NCBI GenBank assembly: GCA_963722265.1 | Contig: CAVRKR010000005.1 | Coordinates: forward strand, 93,010-157,009 | DNA: 64,000 nucleotides | Direction of reading: 5' to 3' | DNA from: an uncultured Alphaproteobacteria bacterium | Lineage (GTDB): Bacteria > Pseudomonadota > Alphaproteobacteria > Rhizobiales > Xanthobacteraceae | Shown: in pieces, positions 1 to 11,409 of the stretch | Layout: the number at the start of each line of letters is the position of its first letter | How positions within the stretch are numbered: position 1 is the first letter of the stretch | The notes under the pieces: generated by a model | Told to the model about the DNA's origin: nothing | Databases searched by the model: none | What the model saw: only the letters and a program-made list of their open reading frames with translations | Translations under genes and position numbers: made by a program

Positions 1-145
<145 letters not shown>

Positions 146-149
<4 letters not shown>

Positions 150-841
150 GCGCGGGTACCATGGCTAGCTTCGGACGGGTTGCGGCGTTCGATGCGGTTA
201 AGCTCGACGATCCAGCCTTGACCACCGGTGCGGCTGGGGTGCAGATGCGGCTTGATATTCCAATATTTAGTGGCCTCGGTCAATTCGGCGTCTACATCTT
301 GGCCTTTGAGAAATAACGCTTTCGCACCTCTTTTTACCAACGGTTCTGCGAGTCCGATGAGCTGATGTAGCGGAGCCACCGCTCGCGCGGTCACGCAATC
401 GATGGGTCCGGAAATTCTTTCCACACTATCCCCGATATCGGCGAGATGGATAGTGCCGGGCGTGTTGGTCACACGCAGCGCCTCACGAAGAAAGGCCGCC
501 TTCTTGGCGTTCCGCTCGATCAAATGGACGAGCGCGCCCGGCGTCTCCGCCAGCGCGCAGGCGAGCACCACGCCGGGGAAGCCACCGCCACTGCCAAAAT
601 CGACCCATGTTTTCGCCGACGGCGCGATGTTCAAGAGCTGCAACGAATCGGAAATGTGGCGGGTCCACAGAGTCGGCAAGGTCGAGGGCGCGACGAGATT
701 AATTTTGGGTTGCCACTCCAGGAGCAGGTCAACGAAGCGATCCAGCCGCGCTTCTGTTTCACGTGAAACAGGCGTGAGGGCGAGTGCCGCGGCTTTGTCT
801 GCCAAGGGCTTTGGATCGAGCCCAGCTGCTATGGCGCTCAT
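146..841 (-). CDS. rsmG: 16S rRNA m7G527 methyltransferase RsmG (GidB)
   Basis: [33 protein letters not shown] motifs; gidA-gidB-parA synteny; start codon uncertain. Confidence 0.95.
755..770. promoter_or_regulatory. parS site (inside rsmG)
   Basis: Perfect palindrome TGTTTCACGTGAAACA. Confidence 0.93.
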
Positions 842-856
842 GGCAACGGCCTGTCT

Positions 857-872
857 TGTTTCACGTGAAACA
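857..872. promoter_or_regulatory. parS site
   Basis: Perfect palindrome TGTTTCACGTGAAACA between mnmG and rsmG. Confidence 0.93.
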
Positions 873-874
873 TC

Positions 875-2767
875 TCAAGGGCTGGCGACCGACGCTCCTG
901 TCTTTCGTCCTCGTGTTTCCCGCCGCAGGTAGGCAGCCAGGATCCCGAGGGCGGCTGGGGTCACCCCGTCGAGCCGACCTGCCTGCCCCACCGTACGTGG
1001 TCGCGCAGCACGTAGCTTCGAACGCGCTTCGTTCGAAAGCCCAGGGACAACGTCGTAGTCAACGTCGGCGATGACCAGGCCTTCGTCCCGGCGGAAGGCA
1101 TCAACGTCAGCACCCTGGCGCTTGAGATAGACGTCGTATTTCGCGTCGATCTCAAGATGGACCGCAATCGCTGGGTCAATGGCCGACAGCTCCTGCCAGA
1201 TGCTGCGGATCGCCGACCAGCCAACCTCAGGATAAGCAAGAAGCTCAAAGGCCGAGCGGCGTTGACCGTCCCTGTTCAGCGCAAGGCCGTATTTCTGAGC
1301 TTCGTTCGGGGTCACGGTAAGGGACTTGGCCCGTGCCTTCGCGGCATTCAGAGCAGCCATCTTGGCGTTGTGACGCACCGAACGCGCCTGCCCTACGCAG
1401 CCCAGCGCAATCCCTTTGTCCGTCAGGCGCTGGTCGGCATTATCGGCCCGCAGGGTCAGACGATACTCGGCGCGGGAGGTGAACATCCGGTACGGTTCGG
1501 TAATCCCGCGCGTGACGAGATCATCGATCATCACCCCGAGATAGCCGTCGGCGCGATCGAACACGATCGATTCGGCGCCGCTTGCCACCAAGGCTGCATT
1601 GAGTCCGGCGACCAACCCCTGTGCGGCGGCTTCTTCATAACCGGTCGTGCCATTGATCTGTCCGGCCAGGAACAGCCTGGGAAGCCGCTTGGCCTGCAAA
1701 CTGGGATCGAGCTCGCGGGGATCGACATGATCATATTCGATCGCATAGCCGGGGCGAATCATCCGCGCGCGTTCCAGCCCCGGGATCGAAGCTACGATCG
1801 TAAGCTGCACCTCTTCGGGCAGCGATGTTGAGATGCCGTTGGGATAGACGGTGCTGTCGTCGAGACCCTCCGGCTCAAGGAAGATCTGATGGCCATCCCG
1901 ATCGCCAAATCGAACGATCTTGTCTTCGATCGACGGGCAATAGCGAGGCCCGGTGCTCTTGATCTGCCCTGAATACATCGGGGAGCGATGCACATTGGCC
2001 CGGATGACCTCATGGGTCGCCGGCGTCGTCCGGGTGATGCCGCATTGGATTTGTGGGGTCATGATGCGGCCGGTCATCACTGAAAACGGCTCCGGCGGAT
2101 CGTCGCCCGGCTGCATTTCGACTGAGGACCAGTCGATCGTTGTGCCGTCCAGCCGTGGCGGTGTGCCCGTCTTGAGCCGGCCCAGCGTAAAGCCGGCGCG
2201 CTCGAACGACGATGACAATCCCATTGCCGGCGCCTCGCCGACTCGGCCAGCGGGCCAGTTGCGCTCGCCAAGATGAATCAGTCCGCGAAGAAAGGTCCCG
2301 GTCGTGATGACCACGGCGCCCGCCGATAGCGCCCGGCCATCCGCGAGCCGGATGCCAGCGACGCAATTTTCTGAAACAATCAGTTCATCAGCCTCACCTT
2401 CGATGACGCTCAGATTGGAGGTCTCGCGGATCGCCGCCTGCATCGCCGCGGCATAAAGCTTGCGGTCAGCCTGGGCGCGGGGTCCTCGCACGGCGGGGCC
2501 CTTACGCCGGTTGAGCATGCGAAACTGGATGCCCGCGGCATCGGCAGCGCGGCCCATCAGTCCGTCCAACGCGTCGACTTCCCGAACCAGGTGACCCTTG
2601 CCAAGACCGCCGATCGCTGGATTGCAAGACATCGCGCCGACAGTCGCAAACCGGTGGGTTATTAGGGCCGTCCTCGCACCCATCCGCGCGGCGGCACTCG
2701 CGGCCTCACAGCCGGCGTGGCCGCCACCGATGACAATGACGTCGAGTGATTCTGAGCCGGAAATCAT
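875..2767 (-). CDS. mnmG: tRNA uridine 5-carboxymethylaminomethyl modification enzyme MnmG (GidA)
   Basis: [47 protein letters not shown]; start set at ATG 2767 because the upstream extension only translates parS sites. Confidence 0.97.
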   Translation of the reverse strand: MISGSESLDVIVIGGGHAGCEAASAAARMGARTALITHRFATVGAMSCNPAIGGLGKGHLVREVDALDGLMGRAADAAGIQFRMLNRRKGPAVRGPRAQADRKLYAAAMQAAIRETSNLSVIEGEADELIVSENCVAGIRLADGRALSAGAVVITTGTFLRGLIHLGERNWPAGRVGEAPAMGLSSSFERAGFTLGRLKTGTPPRLDGTTIDWSSVEMQPGDDPPEPFSVMTGRIMTPQIQCGITRTTPATHEVIRANVHRSPMYSGQIKSTGPRYCPSIEDKIVRFGDRDGHQIFLEPEGLDDSTVYPNGISTSLPEEVQLTIVASIPGLERARMIRPGYAIEYDHVDPRELDPSLQAKRLPRLFLAGQINGTTGYEEAAAQGLVAGLNAALVASGAESIVFDRADGYLGVMIDDLVTRGITEPYRMFTSRAEYRLTLRADNADQRLTDKGIALGCVGQARSVRHNAKMAALNAAKARAKSLTVTPNEAQKYGLALNRDGQRRSAFELLAYPEVGWSAIRSIWQELSAIDPAIAVHLEIDAKYDVYLKRQGADVDAFRRDEGLVIADVDYDVVPGLSNEARSKLRAARPRTVGQAGRLDGVTPAALGILAAYLRRETRGRKTGASVASP

Positions 2768-2827
2768 GCCGGGCCTTGTATAACGCTGCGGCTCAGGCCG
2801 GAAGTGACAAAGTGGCAAAAGTGCCCT

Positions 2828-2843
2828 TGTTTCACGTGAAACG
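2828..2843. promoter_or_regulatory. parS site
   Basis: TGTTTCACGTGAAACG (1 mismatch to the palindrome). Confidence 0.88.
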
Positions 2844-2854
2844 GCCGCCCTATC

Positions 2855-2870
2855 CGTTTCACGTGAAACA
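2855..2870. promoter_or_regulatory. parS site
   Basis: CGTTTCACGTGAAACA (1 mismatch), 11 bp from the previous site. Confidence 0.88.
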
Positions 2871-2900
2871 GCCAAAAGCCAAGAAGTGAATTAACACCCG

Positions 2901-4250
2901 TTACTTGCCGACGCAAAATTCTCTGAAGATGACATCGAGAAGGTCCTCGACGTCGACACGACCCACCAATCGTCCCAATGACTGCGACGCGGCACGTAGC
3001 TCTTCTGCCGCTAGCTCCTCTCCCTTCGCTGCGACCGACACCGAGCGTTGCAACGCGTCGACGGTCTCTTGAAGCAATCTTCGCTGTCGCTCGCGCCCGA
3101 TGAGGCCGCCCTCCCCCGATCCCAAACAATCCTGCGCAAAGGCAACCAGCGCGCCGACCAATTCGGCAACGCCATCACCCCGCAGCGCGGAAATCCTGAA
3201 CACGATCCCGCCGTCGTTCCCCCGCGACCCTCCGCCACTTCCTGCGTCAAGATCAATCTTGTTGCGCACCACCCACACCGGTGCGTCTGCCGACGGCGCG
3301 CTTTCCTCGATCCCCGTTTTCTCGTGCTCGACATCGGTGACCCACAACACAAGATCGGCCTCCGCCGCGCGCACTCGGGCGCGGCGCACGCCTTCCTGCT
3401 CCACGGGATCATCGGTCTGGCGAATTCCGGCGGTGTCGATCAACGTCACCGGATAGCCATCCAGATCGAGCTGAACTTCGATGACGTCCCGCGTCGTGCC
3501 GGCGTGCGGTGAAACGATCGCGACCTCGCGCCGCGCCAACAAATTCATCAAGGTCGATTTTCCGACATTCGGCGGCCCCGCAATCGCAACGACCAAGCCG
3601 TCGCGCAGGCGCTCGCTCCGGCCCTGCGCCGCCAGGACTTCCTGAATTTCCTCGCGCAGCGATCTGATGCTGGCCATGGCCGGTCCGATCAGTTCCGCAG
3701 GGATATCGCCCTCATCGGAAAAATCGATCCCGGCTTCGATCAACGCCGAAGCCTCGATGATACGCGCCCGCCAATCCCGCGCTTTATCGCCGAGCATTCC
3801 CTTGAGCTGCCGCAGCGCCTGGCGGCGCTGCCGATCGGTGTCGGCGTGAATTAGATCGTCGAGTGCTTCGGCTTCGGTGAGATCGAGTTTGCCGTTCTCG
3901 AATGCTCGACGGGTGAATTCGCCCGGCTCTGCGGCGCGGACATTTTCAAACGCCGAAAGCGCCGCCAGCAACGCCGCCAGCACCGCGCGCCCACCATGGA
4001 TGTGAAACTCGGCGATGTCCTCGCCGGTGGCACTCCCCGGCCCGGCAAACCAGAGCACCAGCCCATCGTCGATCGGCTGCCCGCTTAGATCGCGCAGCTG
4101 CACCCGCATCGCTGCCCGCGGTTCCGGCACTTTGCCGGCCAGCGCGCCAAGCACCGCCCTCGCCCGCGATCCCGAAACCCGCACGATCGCGATGGCGCTC
4201 GGTGGCCTGCCCGATGACAACGCAAAAATTGTTTGCTCGCGAGGATGCAT
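2901..4250 (-). CDS. mnmE: tRNA modification GTPase MnmE (TrmE)
   Basis: [41 protein letters not shown]-terminal FCVGK. Confidence 0.97.
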   Translation of the reverse strand: MHPREQTIFALSSGRPPSAIAIVRVSGSRARAVLGALAGKVPEPRAAMRVQLRDLSGQPIDDGLVLWFAGPGSATGEDIAEFHIHGGRAVLAALLAALSAFENVRAAEPGEFTRRAFENGKLDLTEAEALDDLIHADTDRQRRQALRQLKGMLGDKARDWRARIIEASALIEAGIDFSDEGDIPAELIGPAMASIRSLREEIQEVLAAQGRSERLRDGLVVAIAGPPNVGKSTLMNLLARREVAIVSPHAGTTRDVIEVQLDLDGYPVTLIDTAGIRQTDDPVEQEGVRRARVRAAEADLVLWVTDVEHEKTGIEESAPSADAPVWVVRNKIDLDAGSGGGSRGNDGGIVFRISALRGDGVAELVGALVAFAQDCLGSGEGGLIGRERQRRLLQETVDALQRSVSVAAKGEELAAEELRAASQSLGRLVGRVDVEDLLDVIFREFCVGK

Positions 4251-4465
4251 CGCCTATTTGTGCGCGAGCCTTTGAGAATGCAACGCAATTTCGATCGGGC
4301 GGGAATTTGGAAACCAGCCGGGGCGCAGCAAATGCTGCGGCCGCCGTTGCAGCATCATTCGCAGCATTGGCGACCGGACGAGAATGTTCACACATCCCGC
4401 CCCCACCCTCCTCGGTCTGAACCATTATTATTTCAATAGCTTATGAGGTCAGCGGCGAAAACGAG

Positions 4466-4493
4466 GGGCGTCCCTGCGGATGCAGGGACGCCC
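4466..4493. terminator. GC-rich hairpin downstream of rho
   Basis: 12-bp perfect stem GGGCGTCCCTGC/GCAGGGACGCCC with 4-nt loop; U-tract weak. Confidence 0.55.
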
Positions 4494-4516
4494 GACAACT
4501 AGGCCAATGGCCGATC

Positions 4517-5782
4517 TCAGGTATTCATCGATTCGAAGAATTCCGAGTTGTTCTTGGTGTTGCGCAGCTTGTCGAGCAGGAAGTCGATCGCATCCATCGT
4601 TCCCATCGGATTGAGGATCCGGCGCAGCACGTACATTTTCTTGAGCACTTGCGGATCGGTGATCAGTTCTTCCTTGCGGGTGCCGGAACGGGAAATGTCG
4701 ATCGCCGGGAAGGTACGCTTGTCGGAGACCTTGCGGTCGAGAATCAATTCGGAATTGCCGGTGCCCTTGAACTCTTCGAAAATCACTTCGTCCATGCGGC
4801 TGCCGGTATCGACCAGCGCGGTCGCGATGATGGTCAGCGATCCGCCCTCCTCTATGTTTCGCGCCGCACCGAAGAATCGCTTCGGCCGTTGCAGCGCGTT
4901 GGCGTCGACACCGCCGGTCAGCACCTTGCCTGAGGACGGCACGACGGTGTTGTAGGCACGTCCGAGCCGGGTGATCGAGTCCAGCAGGATCACCACATCG
5001 CGGCCGTGTTCGACCAGCCGCTTGGCTTTCTCGATCACCATTTCGGCGACCTGGACGTGGCGCACCGCCGGTTCGTCGAAGGTAGACGAGACGACTTCGC
5101 CCTTAACCGAGCGCTGCATGTCGGTGACTTCCTCCGGCCGCTCATCGATCAAAAGCACGATCAAATAGCATTCCGGATGATTGGCCGTGATCGAATGGGC
5201 GATATTCTGCATCAGCACAGTCTTGCCGGTGCGAGGCGGCGCCACGATCAAGGCACGCTGGCCTTTGCCGATGGGCGCGACAATGTCGATCACCCGTGCG
5301 GAAAGGTCTTTTCTGGTAGGGTCATCAAGCTCGAGGCGGAAGCGCTGATCCGGAAACAGTGGGGTCAGATTGTCAAAATTGACCTTGTGCTTGGACTTTT
5401 CCGGATCCTCGAAATTCAGCGTGTTGACTTTCAGCAGCGCAAAATAACGTTCGCCCTCTTTCGGACTGCGAATGTGACCTTCGATGGTGTCGCCGGTGCG
5501 AAGTCCGAAGCGCCGAATTTGGGAGGGTGAAACATAGATGTCGTCCGGGCCCGGCAAATAGTTGGCGTCCGGGGAACGCAAGAAGCCGAAACCGTCGGAG
5601 AGTACCTCGACGACGCCTTCGCCGATAATGTCGGTTTCCTGGATCGCGAGCTGCTTGAGAATGGCAAACATCAGCTCCTGCTTGCGCATCGTGCTGGCGT
5701 TTTCGACCCCTTTTTCCTCCGCGAACGAGACGAGTTCGGCAGGTGTTTGGGCTTTGAGGTCTTGAAGTTTTATTTCCCGCAT
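4517..5782 (-). CDS. rho: Transcription termination factor Rho
   Basis: [37 protein letters not shown]. Confidence 0.99.
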   Translation of the reverse strand: MREIKLQDLKAQTPAELVSFAEEKGVENASTMRKQELMFAILKQLAIQETDIIGEGVVEVLSDGFGFLRSPDANYLPGPDDIYVSPSQIRRFGLRTGDTIEGHIRSPKEGERYFALLKVNTLNFEDPEKSKHKVNFDNLTPLFPDQRFRLELDDPTRKDLSARVIDIVAPIGKGQRALIVAPPRTGKTVLMQNIAHSITANHPECYLIVLLIDERPEEVTDMQRSVKGEVVSSTFDEPAVRHVQVAEMVIEKAKRLVEHGRDVVILLDSITRLGRAYNTVVPSSGKVLTGGVDANALQRPKRFFGAARNIEEGGSLTIIATALVDTGSRMDEVIFEEFKGTGNSELILDRKVSDKRTFPAIDISRSGTRKEELITDPQVLKKMYVLRRILNPMGTMDAIDFLLDKLRNTKNNSEFFESMNT

Positions 5783-6040
5783 TGGGATGGTCCTGTGGAG
5801 TAACGAGGGGGAGGGGGTGCAGGGTGGCTATTTGGAAAATGCGGACGTCAAATCAGGAAGGTCCGCAGGTCTGAGCAAGGAGAGAGCCGGAGAGGCTTCA
5901 AACCTGATGCGGCGGCCGGTCCAACAAGGAAACCGGAACGCAACCACATCCGCCTGCGTAGGGTGGGATGTTCACAATATAGAAAATCAACGGACCTTCT
6001 GCAAGGTGGCGTGCAATCACGTGGCCCTTCGCAATTTCTC

Positions 6041-6463
6041 TTAGAACGGTTTGACCACCACGAGAATCACGATGCCGACCATGAGGAGAGTTGGTACCTC
6101 ATTGATAATACGATAAAATCTTTGAGTTCGTACGTTGCGGTCGGCGGCGAAATCCTTCACGCAACGGGAAAAAAAGCCGTGGACACCCGACAACACCAGC
6201 ACCAACAGCAGTTTTCCATGTAGCCACCCCGCCGAGAGCCAATGGCCGGCCCACGCGAGATAAAGTCCCGCCAGCCAAGTCACAATCATCGCCGGATTGA
6301 TGATCGCTTTCAGCAATCGCCGTTCCAGGACTTTGAACGTTTCGGACTGCCTCGAGCCCTTTTCCTCCGCACAGTGATAAACAAAAAGCCGCGGTAAATA
6401 GAGCATTCCGGCCATCCAGGCGATGACCGCGATGATATGCAGCGCCTTGATCCACTCGTACAT
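6041..6463 (-). CDS. hemJ: Protoporphyrinogen oxidase HemJ
   Basis: WIKALHIIAVIAWMAGMLYLPRLFVYH ... RIINEVPT ... VVKPF. Confidence 0.95.
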   Translation of the reverse strand: MYEWIKALHIIAVIAWMAGMLYLPRLFVYHCAEEKGSRQSETFKVLERRLLKAIINPAMIVTWLAGLYLAWAGHWLSAGWLHGKLLLVLVLSGVHGFFSRCVKDFAADRNVRTQRFYRIINEVPTLLMVGIVILVVVKPF

Positions 6464-6469
6464 CGTCCC

Positions 6470-6908
6470 TCATTCAGGCTTGAACATACGCCAGCAAGGT
6501 TTCAGCTATCTCGGCTGTCAGAATCTCTTGCCACCAGCCGAGACATATCCGCAAGCAGCCCTTATCTAAAACAATAATTTTAGAATCTTAGGTTTGAGTC
6601 TAAGTAGCGGTGGATTGTGCCCGCGCAAAATTGTCCGGTCTTTCCCCAAAGCTTCTTCACATCCATCAACAATTTTAGTGGCGAATTCGGTAATGGCAGT
6701 TAGACCATCCCTCTCAAAGAGTTGGGTGGCGGCGTCACTGGCATATCAAGAGACAAATCCACAAAACCTCACTATCGTTGCCGGCGCTGAATGGACTTAT
6801 CCTGATTTCGAGGCCTGTGAAGAAATAGCCGGGTTATCCCTGAACTGCCGACACGGCTGCGATTCTCTCGGATAAGCTCCACAACGATTTACAGATTACA
6901 CAGGGGTC
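6470..6908. other. Putative chromosomal replication origin (oriC)
   Basis: Non-coding divergent gap with AT-rich tract (~6562-6604), DnaA-box-like TTCTTCACA (6653-6661 and reverse 6816-6824), AAATCCACA (6755-6763), several GANTC; position before ppsR-maf-coaE-dnaQ and near parS matches alphaproteobacterial oriC synteny. Confidence 0.75.
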
Positions 6909-6911
6909 TTG

Positions 6912-7748
6912 GTGCCCACGACCAGCAACTATTTCCATCTTCACCTGGTCTCGGATTCGACCGGAGAGACGCTGATTACCGTGGCGCGCGCGGTGGCTGC
7001 GCAATATGCCAATGTGACGCCGGTCGAACATGTCTATCCGCTGGTGCGAAGCCAGAAGCAGCTTGACCGGGTGCTGAGTGAAATCGAGGAAGCGCCAGGT
7101 ATCGTTCTCTTCACGCTGCTGGAGAAGGATCTGGTCGCCAGGCTGGAAGCCAAGTGCAAGGAAATCAACATACCGAGTCTTTCGATCATCGGCCCGGTCA
7201 TGCAGTTGTTTCACGCCTATCTGGGAGCGCCTACGACCGGGCGAGTCGGCGCCCAGCACACGCTGAATGCGGAATATTTCAAGCGGATCGATGCGCTGAA
7301 CTACACGATGATGCACGATGACGGCCAGCACGTCGAAGGGCTGGAAGAGGCCGATGTGATACTGGTCGGCGTCTCCCGCACATCGAAAACGCCGACCTCG
7401 ATTTATCTTGCCAATCGCGGCATCCGCACCGCCAACGTGCCGTTGGTGCCGGGCATTCCGATTCCACATCAATTGGAGTCGTTGAAAAAGCCGCTGGTGG
7501 TCAGCCTGCACGCGACGCCGGAACGCTTGATCCAGGTCCGGCAGAACCGGCTGTTGAGCATGGGCGACAAGGACAACGATACTTATATCGACCGGCAGGC
7601 AGTCGCAGACGAAGTCGCATTCGCGCGGCGATTGTGCGCCAAATTCAATTGGGCGCAACTCGACGTCACACGGCGCTCGATCGAGGAAACCGCGGCGGCC
7701 ATTTTGAAACTGTTCACCGACAGGCAGCGGCAACGGTTTGCGGAATGA
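6912..7748 (+). CDS. Pyruvate,phosphate dikinase/PEP synthase regulatory kinase-pyrophosphorylase (DUF299)
   Basis: [31 protein letters not shown]. Confidence 0.93.
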   Translation: MPTTSNYFHLHLVSDSTGETLITVARAVAAQYANVTPVEHVYPLVRSQKQLDRVLSEIEEAPGIVLFTLLEKDLVARLEAKCKEINIPSLSIIGPVMQLFHAYLGAPTTGRVGAQHTLNAEYFKRIDALNYTMMHDDGQHVEGLEEADVILVGVSRTSKTPTSIYLANRGIRTANVPLVPGIPIPHQLESLKKPLVVSLHATPERLIQVRQNRLLSMGDKDNDTYIDRQAVADEVAFARRLCAKFNWAQLDVTRRSIEETAAAILKLFTDRQRQRFAE

Positions 7749-8353
7749 CGCTGTGGCGCGGAAAAGATCCGTTGATATTGGCGTCGCAGAGCAGGGCGCG
7801 GCAAACGCTGTTGGCGAATGCCGGCATCAGCTTCGAAAGCGTTCCGGCTGGAATCGATGAGCGGGCCAGTCAACAGAACTCAGGTCTCTCATCCCCGCGC
7901 GACATTGCCGCCCTTCTTGCGCGGAAGAAGTCGCTCTCTGTTTCAGGGCGACGGGCGGGCGCATATGTGGTCGGCGCGGACCAGACCTTGGCATTGGGAA
8001 CCCGGCTCTTCAGCAAACCGGATGGCAGGGCCCAGGCCGCCGAGCAACTTCGCGGTCTCGCCGGGCGCAGCCACGAACTTTGCTCGGCGGTTGCGGTGGC
8101 GCGCGATGGCAAGATATGGTTCGAGGCAGTCGCAATCGCGCGTATGACCATGCGGCCGCTGAGCGAAGCCGAAATCGACGCCTATCTCGATGAAGCAGGC
8201 GCTGCGGTCACCTCCAGCGTCGGCGCCTACCAGCTCGAAGGGCTCGGAGTTCATTTGTTTGAGAGGATCGAAGGCGATCACTTCACCATCCTCGGCCTGC
8301 CGCTCCTGCCGTTGCTTGCATTCTTGCGCGGCGAGGGGTTGCTCGGTATCTGA
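7745..8353 (+). CDS. maf: Maf family nucleotide pyrophosphatase
   Basis: [31 protein letters not shown]; ATGA overlap with upstream gene. Confidence 0.92.
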   Translation: MTLWRGKDPLILASQSRARQTLLANAGISFESVPAGIDERASQQNSGLSSPRDIAALLARKKSLSVSGRRAGAYVVGADQTLALGTRLFSKPDGRAQAAEQLRGLAGRSHELCSAVAVARDGKIWFEAVAIARMTMRPLSEAEIDAYLDEAGAAVTSSVGAYQLEGLGVHLFERIEGDHFTILGLPLLPLLAFLRGEGLLGI

Positions 8354-8391
8354 CGGGGAATCCTGGCAAGGCGGCGAATGGTAATTCCGGA

Positions 8392-8991
8392 ATGATAATT
8401 CTTGGGCTGACCGGCTCGATCGGGATGGGGAAATCGACCACCGCGAAACTGTTCGCGGAAGCCGGCGCGCCCGTCTACGACGCCGATGCGACCGTGCACA
8501 TGTTGTATGAAGGCGAGGCTGCGCCCGCCATCGAAGCCGCGTTTCCGGGCACGACCGCAAATGGCAAGGTCGATCGCAATCAGCTTTCAGCGCGCGTGGT
8601 GCATGATCCGGCCGCCATGAAGCGGCTCGAGGAGATCGTGCATCCGATGCTCGGCGCCTCGCGTCAGAAATTCCTGCAAGCCGCCGAGCAATCCGGCGCG
8701 CCGGTTGCGGTGGTCGATGTGCCGTTGCTGTTCGAGACCGGTGGCGACAAGAAGGTCGATGCGGTGGTGGTGGTCACGACCACCCCGGAAATTCAGCGCG
8801 AACGGATTCTCGCTCGCCCCAACATGACGGAGGAGAAGCTTAGAGCCATTCTCGCGCGGCAAATGCCCGACGCTGAGAAACGCAAGCGCGCGAATTTCCT
8901 GGTGGATACATCGCATGGCCTTGACCCCGTCCGGGCTCGAATCCGGGACATTCTGGTTGATGCTGCTAAGATGACGCCGCGACGTTTCTGA
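8392..8991 (+). CDS. coaE: Dephospho-CoA kinase
   Basis: LGLTGSIGMGKST, IVHP, DVPLLFE. Confidence 0.96.
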   Translation: MIILGLTGSIGMGKSTTAKLFAEAGAPVYDADATVHMLYEGEAAPAIEAAFPGTTANGKVDRNQLSARVVHDPAAMKRLEEIVHPMLGASRQKFLQAAEQSGAPVAVVDVPLLFETGGDKKVDAVVVVTTTPEIQRERILARPNMTEEKLRAILARQMPDAEKRKRANFLVDTSHGLDPVRARIRDILVDAAKMTPRRF

Positions 8992-9015
8992 TTCGTCTTA
9001 TTCGGCGGCTTGTTC

Positions 9016-9723
9016 ATGCGCGAAATCGTTCTCGACACCGAAACCACGGGCCTCGATCCGCTCCGCGGCGACCGGCTCGTCGAGATCGGCTGTGTCGAGA
9101 TTTTCAACCGCATGCCGACCGGCCAGACCTTTCACCGGCACATCAATCCGGAACGCGAGGTGCCAGCCGAAGCCTTTGCGGTGCACGGGCTTTCCACGCA
9201 GTTCCTTGCCGACAAGCCGCTGTTTGCCGAGGTGGCCGACGAATTCCTCGAATTTATCGGCGATGCGCCGCTGGTGATTCACAATGCCCTGTTCGATATC
9301 GCCTTCATCAACTCCGAGCTTGACCGAATTCAGCGCGCAGCCATTCCGCGCGAGCGGCTCGTCGACACACTGCTGCTGGCTCGACGCAAGCATCCCGGCG
9401 TATCGAACAAGCTCGACGATCTTTGTTCGCGCTATGCGATCGACAATTCACGCCGCACCAAGCATGGCGCGTTGCTGGACGCCGAGCTTTTGGCCGAAGT
9501 CTATGTCGACCTGATCGGGGCCCGGCAGTCGCAATTGATCCTTGCCGCGGAAACCCGCGACACCCGCGCGACCGGGGTTGGTGAAATGCCGCGGCGGCAG
9601 CGCGAGGTGCCTCTCGCGCCCCGGGTGACCGAGGCCGATCGCGCCGCGCATCGCGATTTTGTTCTGACGCTTGGCGACAAGCCGATCTGGAATGATTTCC
9701 TGCCTGCGGCGCTCGGCGCTTAG
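9016..9723 (+). CDS. dnaQ: DNA polymerase III epsilon subunit
   Basis: [29 protein letters not shown]. Confidence 0.96.
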   Translation: MREIVLDTETTGLDPLRGDRLVEIGCVEIFNRMPTGQTFHRHINPEREVPAEAFAVHGLSTQFLADKPLFAEVADEFLEFIGDAPLVIHNALFDIAFINSELDRIQRAAIPRERLVDTLLLARRKHPGVSNKLDDLCSRYAIDNSRRTKHGALLDAELLAEVYVDLIGARQSQLILAAETRDTRATGVGEMPRRQREVPLAPRVTEADRAAHRDFVLTLGDKPIWNDFLPAALGA

Positions 9724-10211
9724 CTCGGCTTGGCTTGAGCCGCTGCCGCCTGTGCGGCCTGCCGTTCCAGATTTTGTCGATAAAGACCGACAAAATCCAC
9801 CGGATCCAGCATCAGTGGAGGGAACCCGCCGTCGCGCACCGAGGTTGCGATGATCTCACGCGCGAACGGGAACAATAGCCGTGGGCACTCGATCATGACT
9901 AGCGGGTGAAGGTTTTCCTTGGGCACATTGACGATCCGGAACACGCCGGCATAGGCAAGATCGAAGCTGAACATCAGCTTGCCGCCGCCCTCGGCCTTGC
10001 CTTCGACCGAAAGGGTTACTTCGAATTCATTTTCGGCGATGTTGTTGGCGCTCACGTTGATCTGGATATTGATCGCCGGCTGCTGCTGTTGCGGCGCCAG
10101 CGAGGCCGGCGCGTTGGGGTTTTCGAACGACAGGTCCTTTGTGTACTGCGCCAGCACGTTCAACTGCGGAGGAGGGGCCGCCTCGGGAGGCGAGCCGTTG
10201 CCGTTGGTCAT
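9720..10211 (-). CDS. secB: Protein export chaperone SecB
   Basis: [39 protein letters not shown]; start at MTNGNG. Confidence 0.96.
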   Translation of the reverse strand: MTNGNGSPPEAAPPPQLNVLAQYTKDLSFENPNAPASLAPQQQQPAINIQINVSANNIAENEFEVTLSVEGKAEGGGKLMFSFDLAYAGVFRIVNVPKENLHPLVMIECPRLLFPFAREIIATSVRDGGFPPLMLDPVDFVGLYRQNLERQAAQAAAAQAKPS

Positions 10212-10704
10212 CAGAGTTTCTCCTGGAACGTTCTGGCGAGCGGGCCGATTTCGGGTCCGAATTCGCCCGCGAGGTGCAAAAATGCCTTGTCGGGGCGAGT
10301 GGCTATCATAGCCTCGGCTCCTTCCACAAGGACGACAATCGCGGCTGACCGGCCCCGGGCGGATCCTCAAAGTCGCAAGAGGCGTCTGCAGGGGCATGAT
10401 TGGGGTCGGAAAGACACCAAACGTGTATTCTAAATTGTTGAATATGCGCGAGTTCTAGCCACTATCAGGGTTTCCCCTCGCGCCCGAAACGCGCTACAAT
10501 TCAATCTCTGGCAACGGGTGAGTGTGCTTCGGCTTGGCCTGTGTCCGCCGACCTGGCATTTCATGTAAGGGCCGCCATTGGCCAGCCCAGTTTTCGTGCC
10601 TACATGCTGTTGGCCATCCATGATGTAATCTCCGCCGGCCCCTGAAGGGAGCCCTCTACCGCCGAATTTAATCGCCGGCGTGAGAATCAGAAAGCGAATG
10701 CGAC

Positions 10705-11409
10705 GTGGATATTTACACCATCATCTTCCTGGCGCTGGCCGTCTTCATCTTCCTGCGGCTGCGCAACGTCCTGGGGCAGCGCACCGGCAGCGAACGGCCG
10801 CCATATGACCGCGCTGCGCGCAATGTCGTGCAGGGGGCGCAGGACAACAACGTTGTCCCGATGCCGGGCGCGGTGATCGACCAGACGCCGCTGGCGCCGA
10901 CGGCCGATGTGACGCCTCCGACGGATCGTTGGAAAGGCATAGCGGAGCCGGGTACTCCTCTGGCCCAGGGCCTCGACGCAATCGTCGCCCAGGATTCCTC
11001 GTTCGATCCGCGTCATTTCCTCAGCGGCGCGCGCAGCGCGTATGAAATGATCGTACTGGCGTTCGCCAATGGCGATCGCCGCGCGCTGAAGGATCTGTTG
11101 TCGTCGGAGGTCTGCGAAAGCTTCGAGGCCGCGATCAAGGAACGCGAGAAGCAGGAACAAAAAACCGAGACGCGATTTGTCTCGATCGACAAGGCCGAAA
11201 TTGTCAGTGCCGACGCCCGCGACCGCTCCGCGCAAATTACCGTTCGTTTTGTGTCGCAGATGATCTCGGTCACCCGCGACAAGACGGGTACCATTGTCGA
11301 CGGCAATCCGGACAAGGTCACCGATATCACCGATGTTTGGACATTCGCCCGCGACACGACATCACGCGATCCGAACTGGAAGCTGGTTGGCACTGGAAGC
11401 GCTCACTAA
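10705..11409 (+). CDS. Tim44/TimA family protein
   Basis: N-terminal TM then LRNVLGQRTG, FLSGARSAYEMIVLAF, DVWTFARD...PNWKLV. Confidence 0.9.
   Translation: MDIYTIIFLALAVFIFLRLRNVLGQRTGSERPPYDRAARNVVQGAQDNNVVPMPGAVIDQTPLAPTADVTPPTDRWKGIAEPGTPLAQGLDAIVAQDSSFDPRHFLSGARSAYEMIVLAFANGDRRALKDLLSSEVCESFEAAIKEREKQEQKTETRFVSIDKAEIVSADARDRSAQITVRFVSQMISVTRDKTGTIVDGNPDKVTDITDVWTFARDTTSRDPNWKLVGTGSAH

Noticed and set aside
2768-2875. N-terminal 'AVSRET' repeat extension of MnmG in the ORF track
   Set aside because: It is the translation of two parS palindromes; the conserved protein begins at ATG 2767
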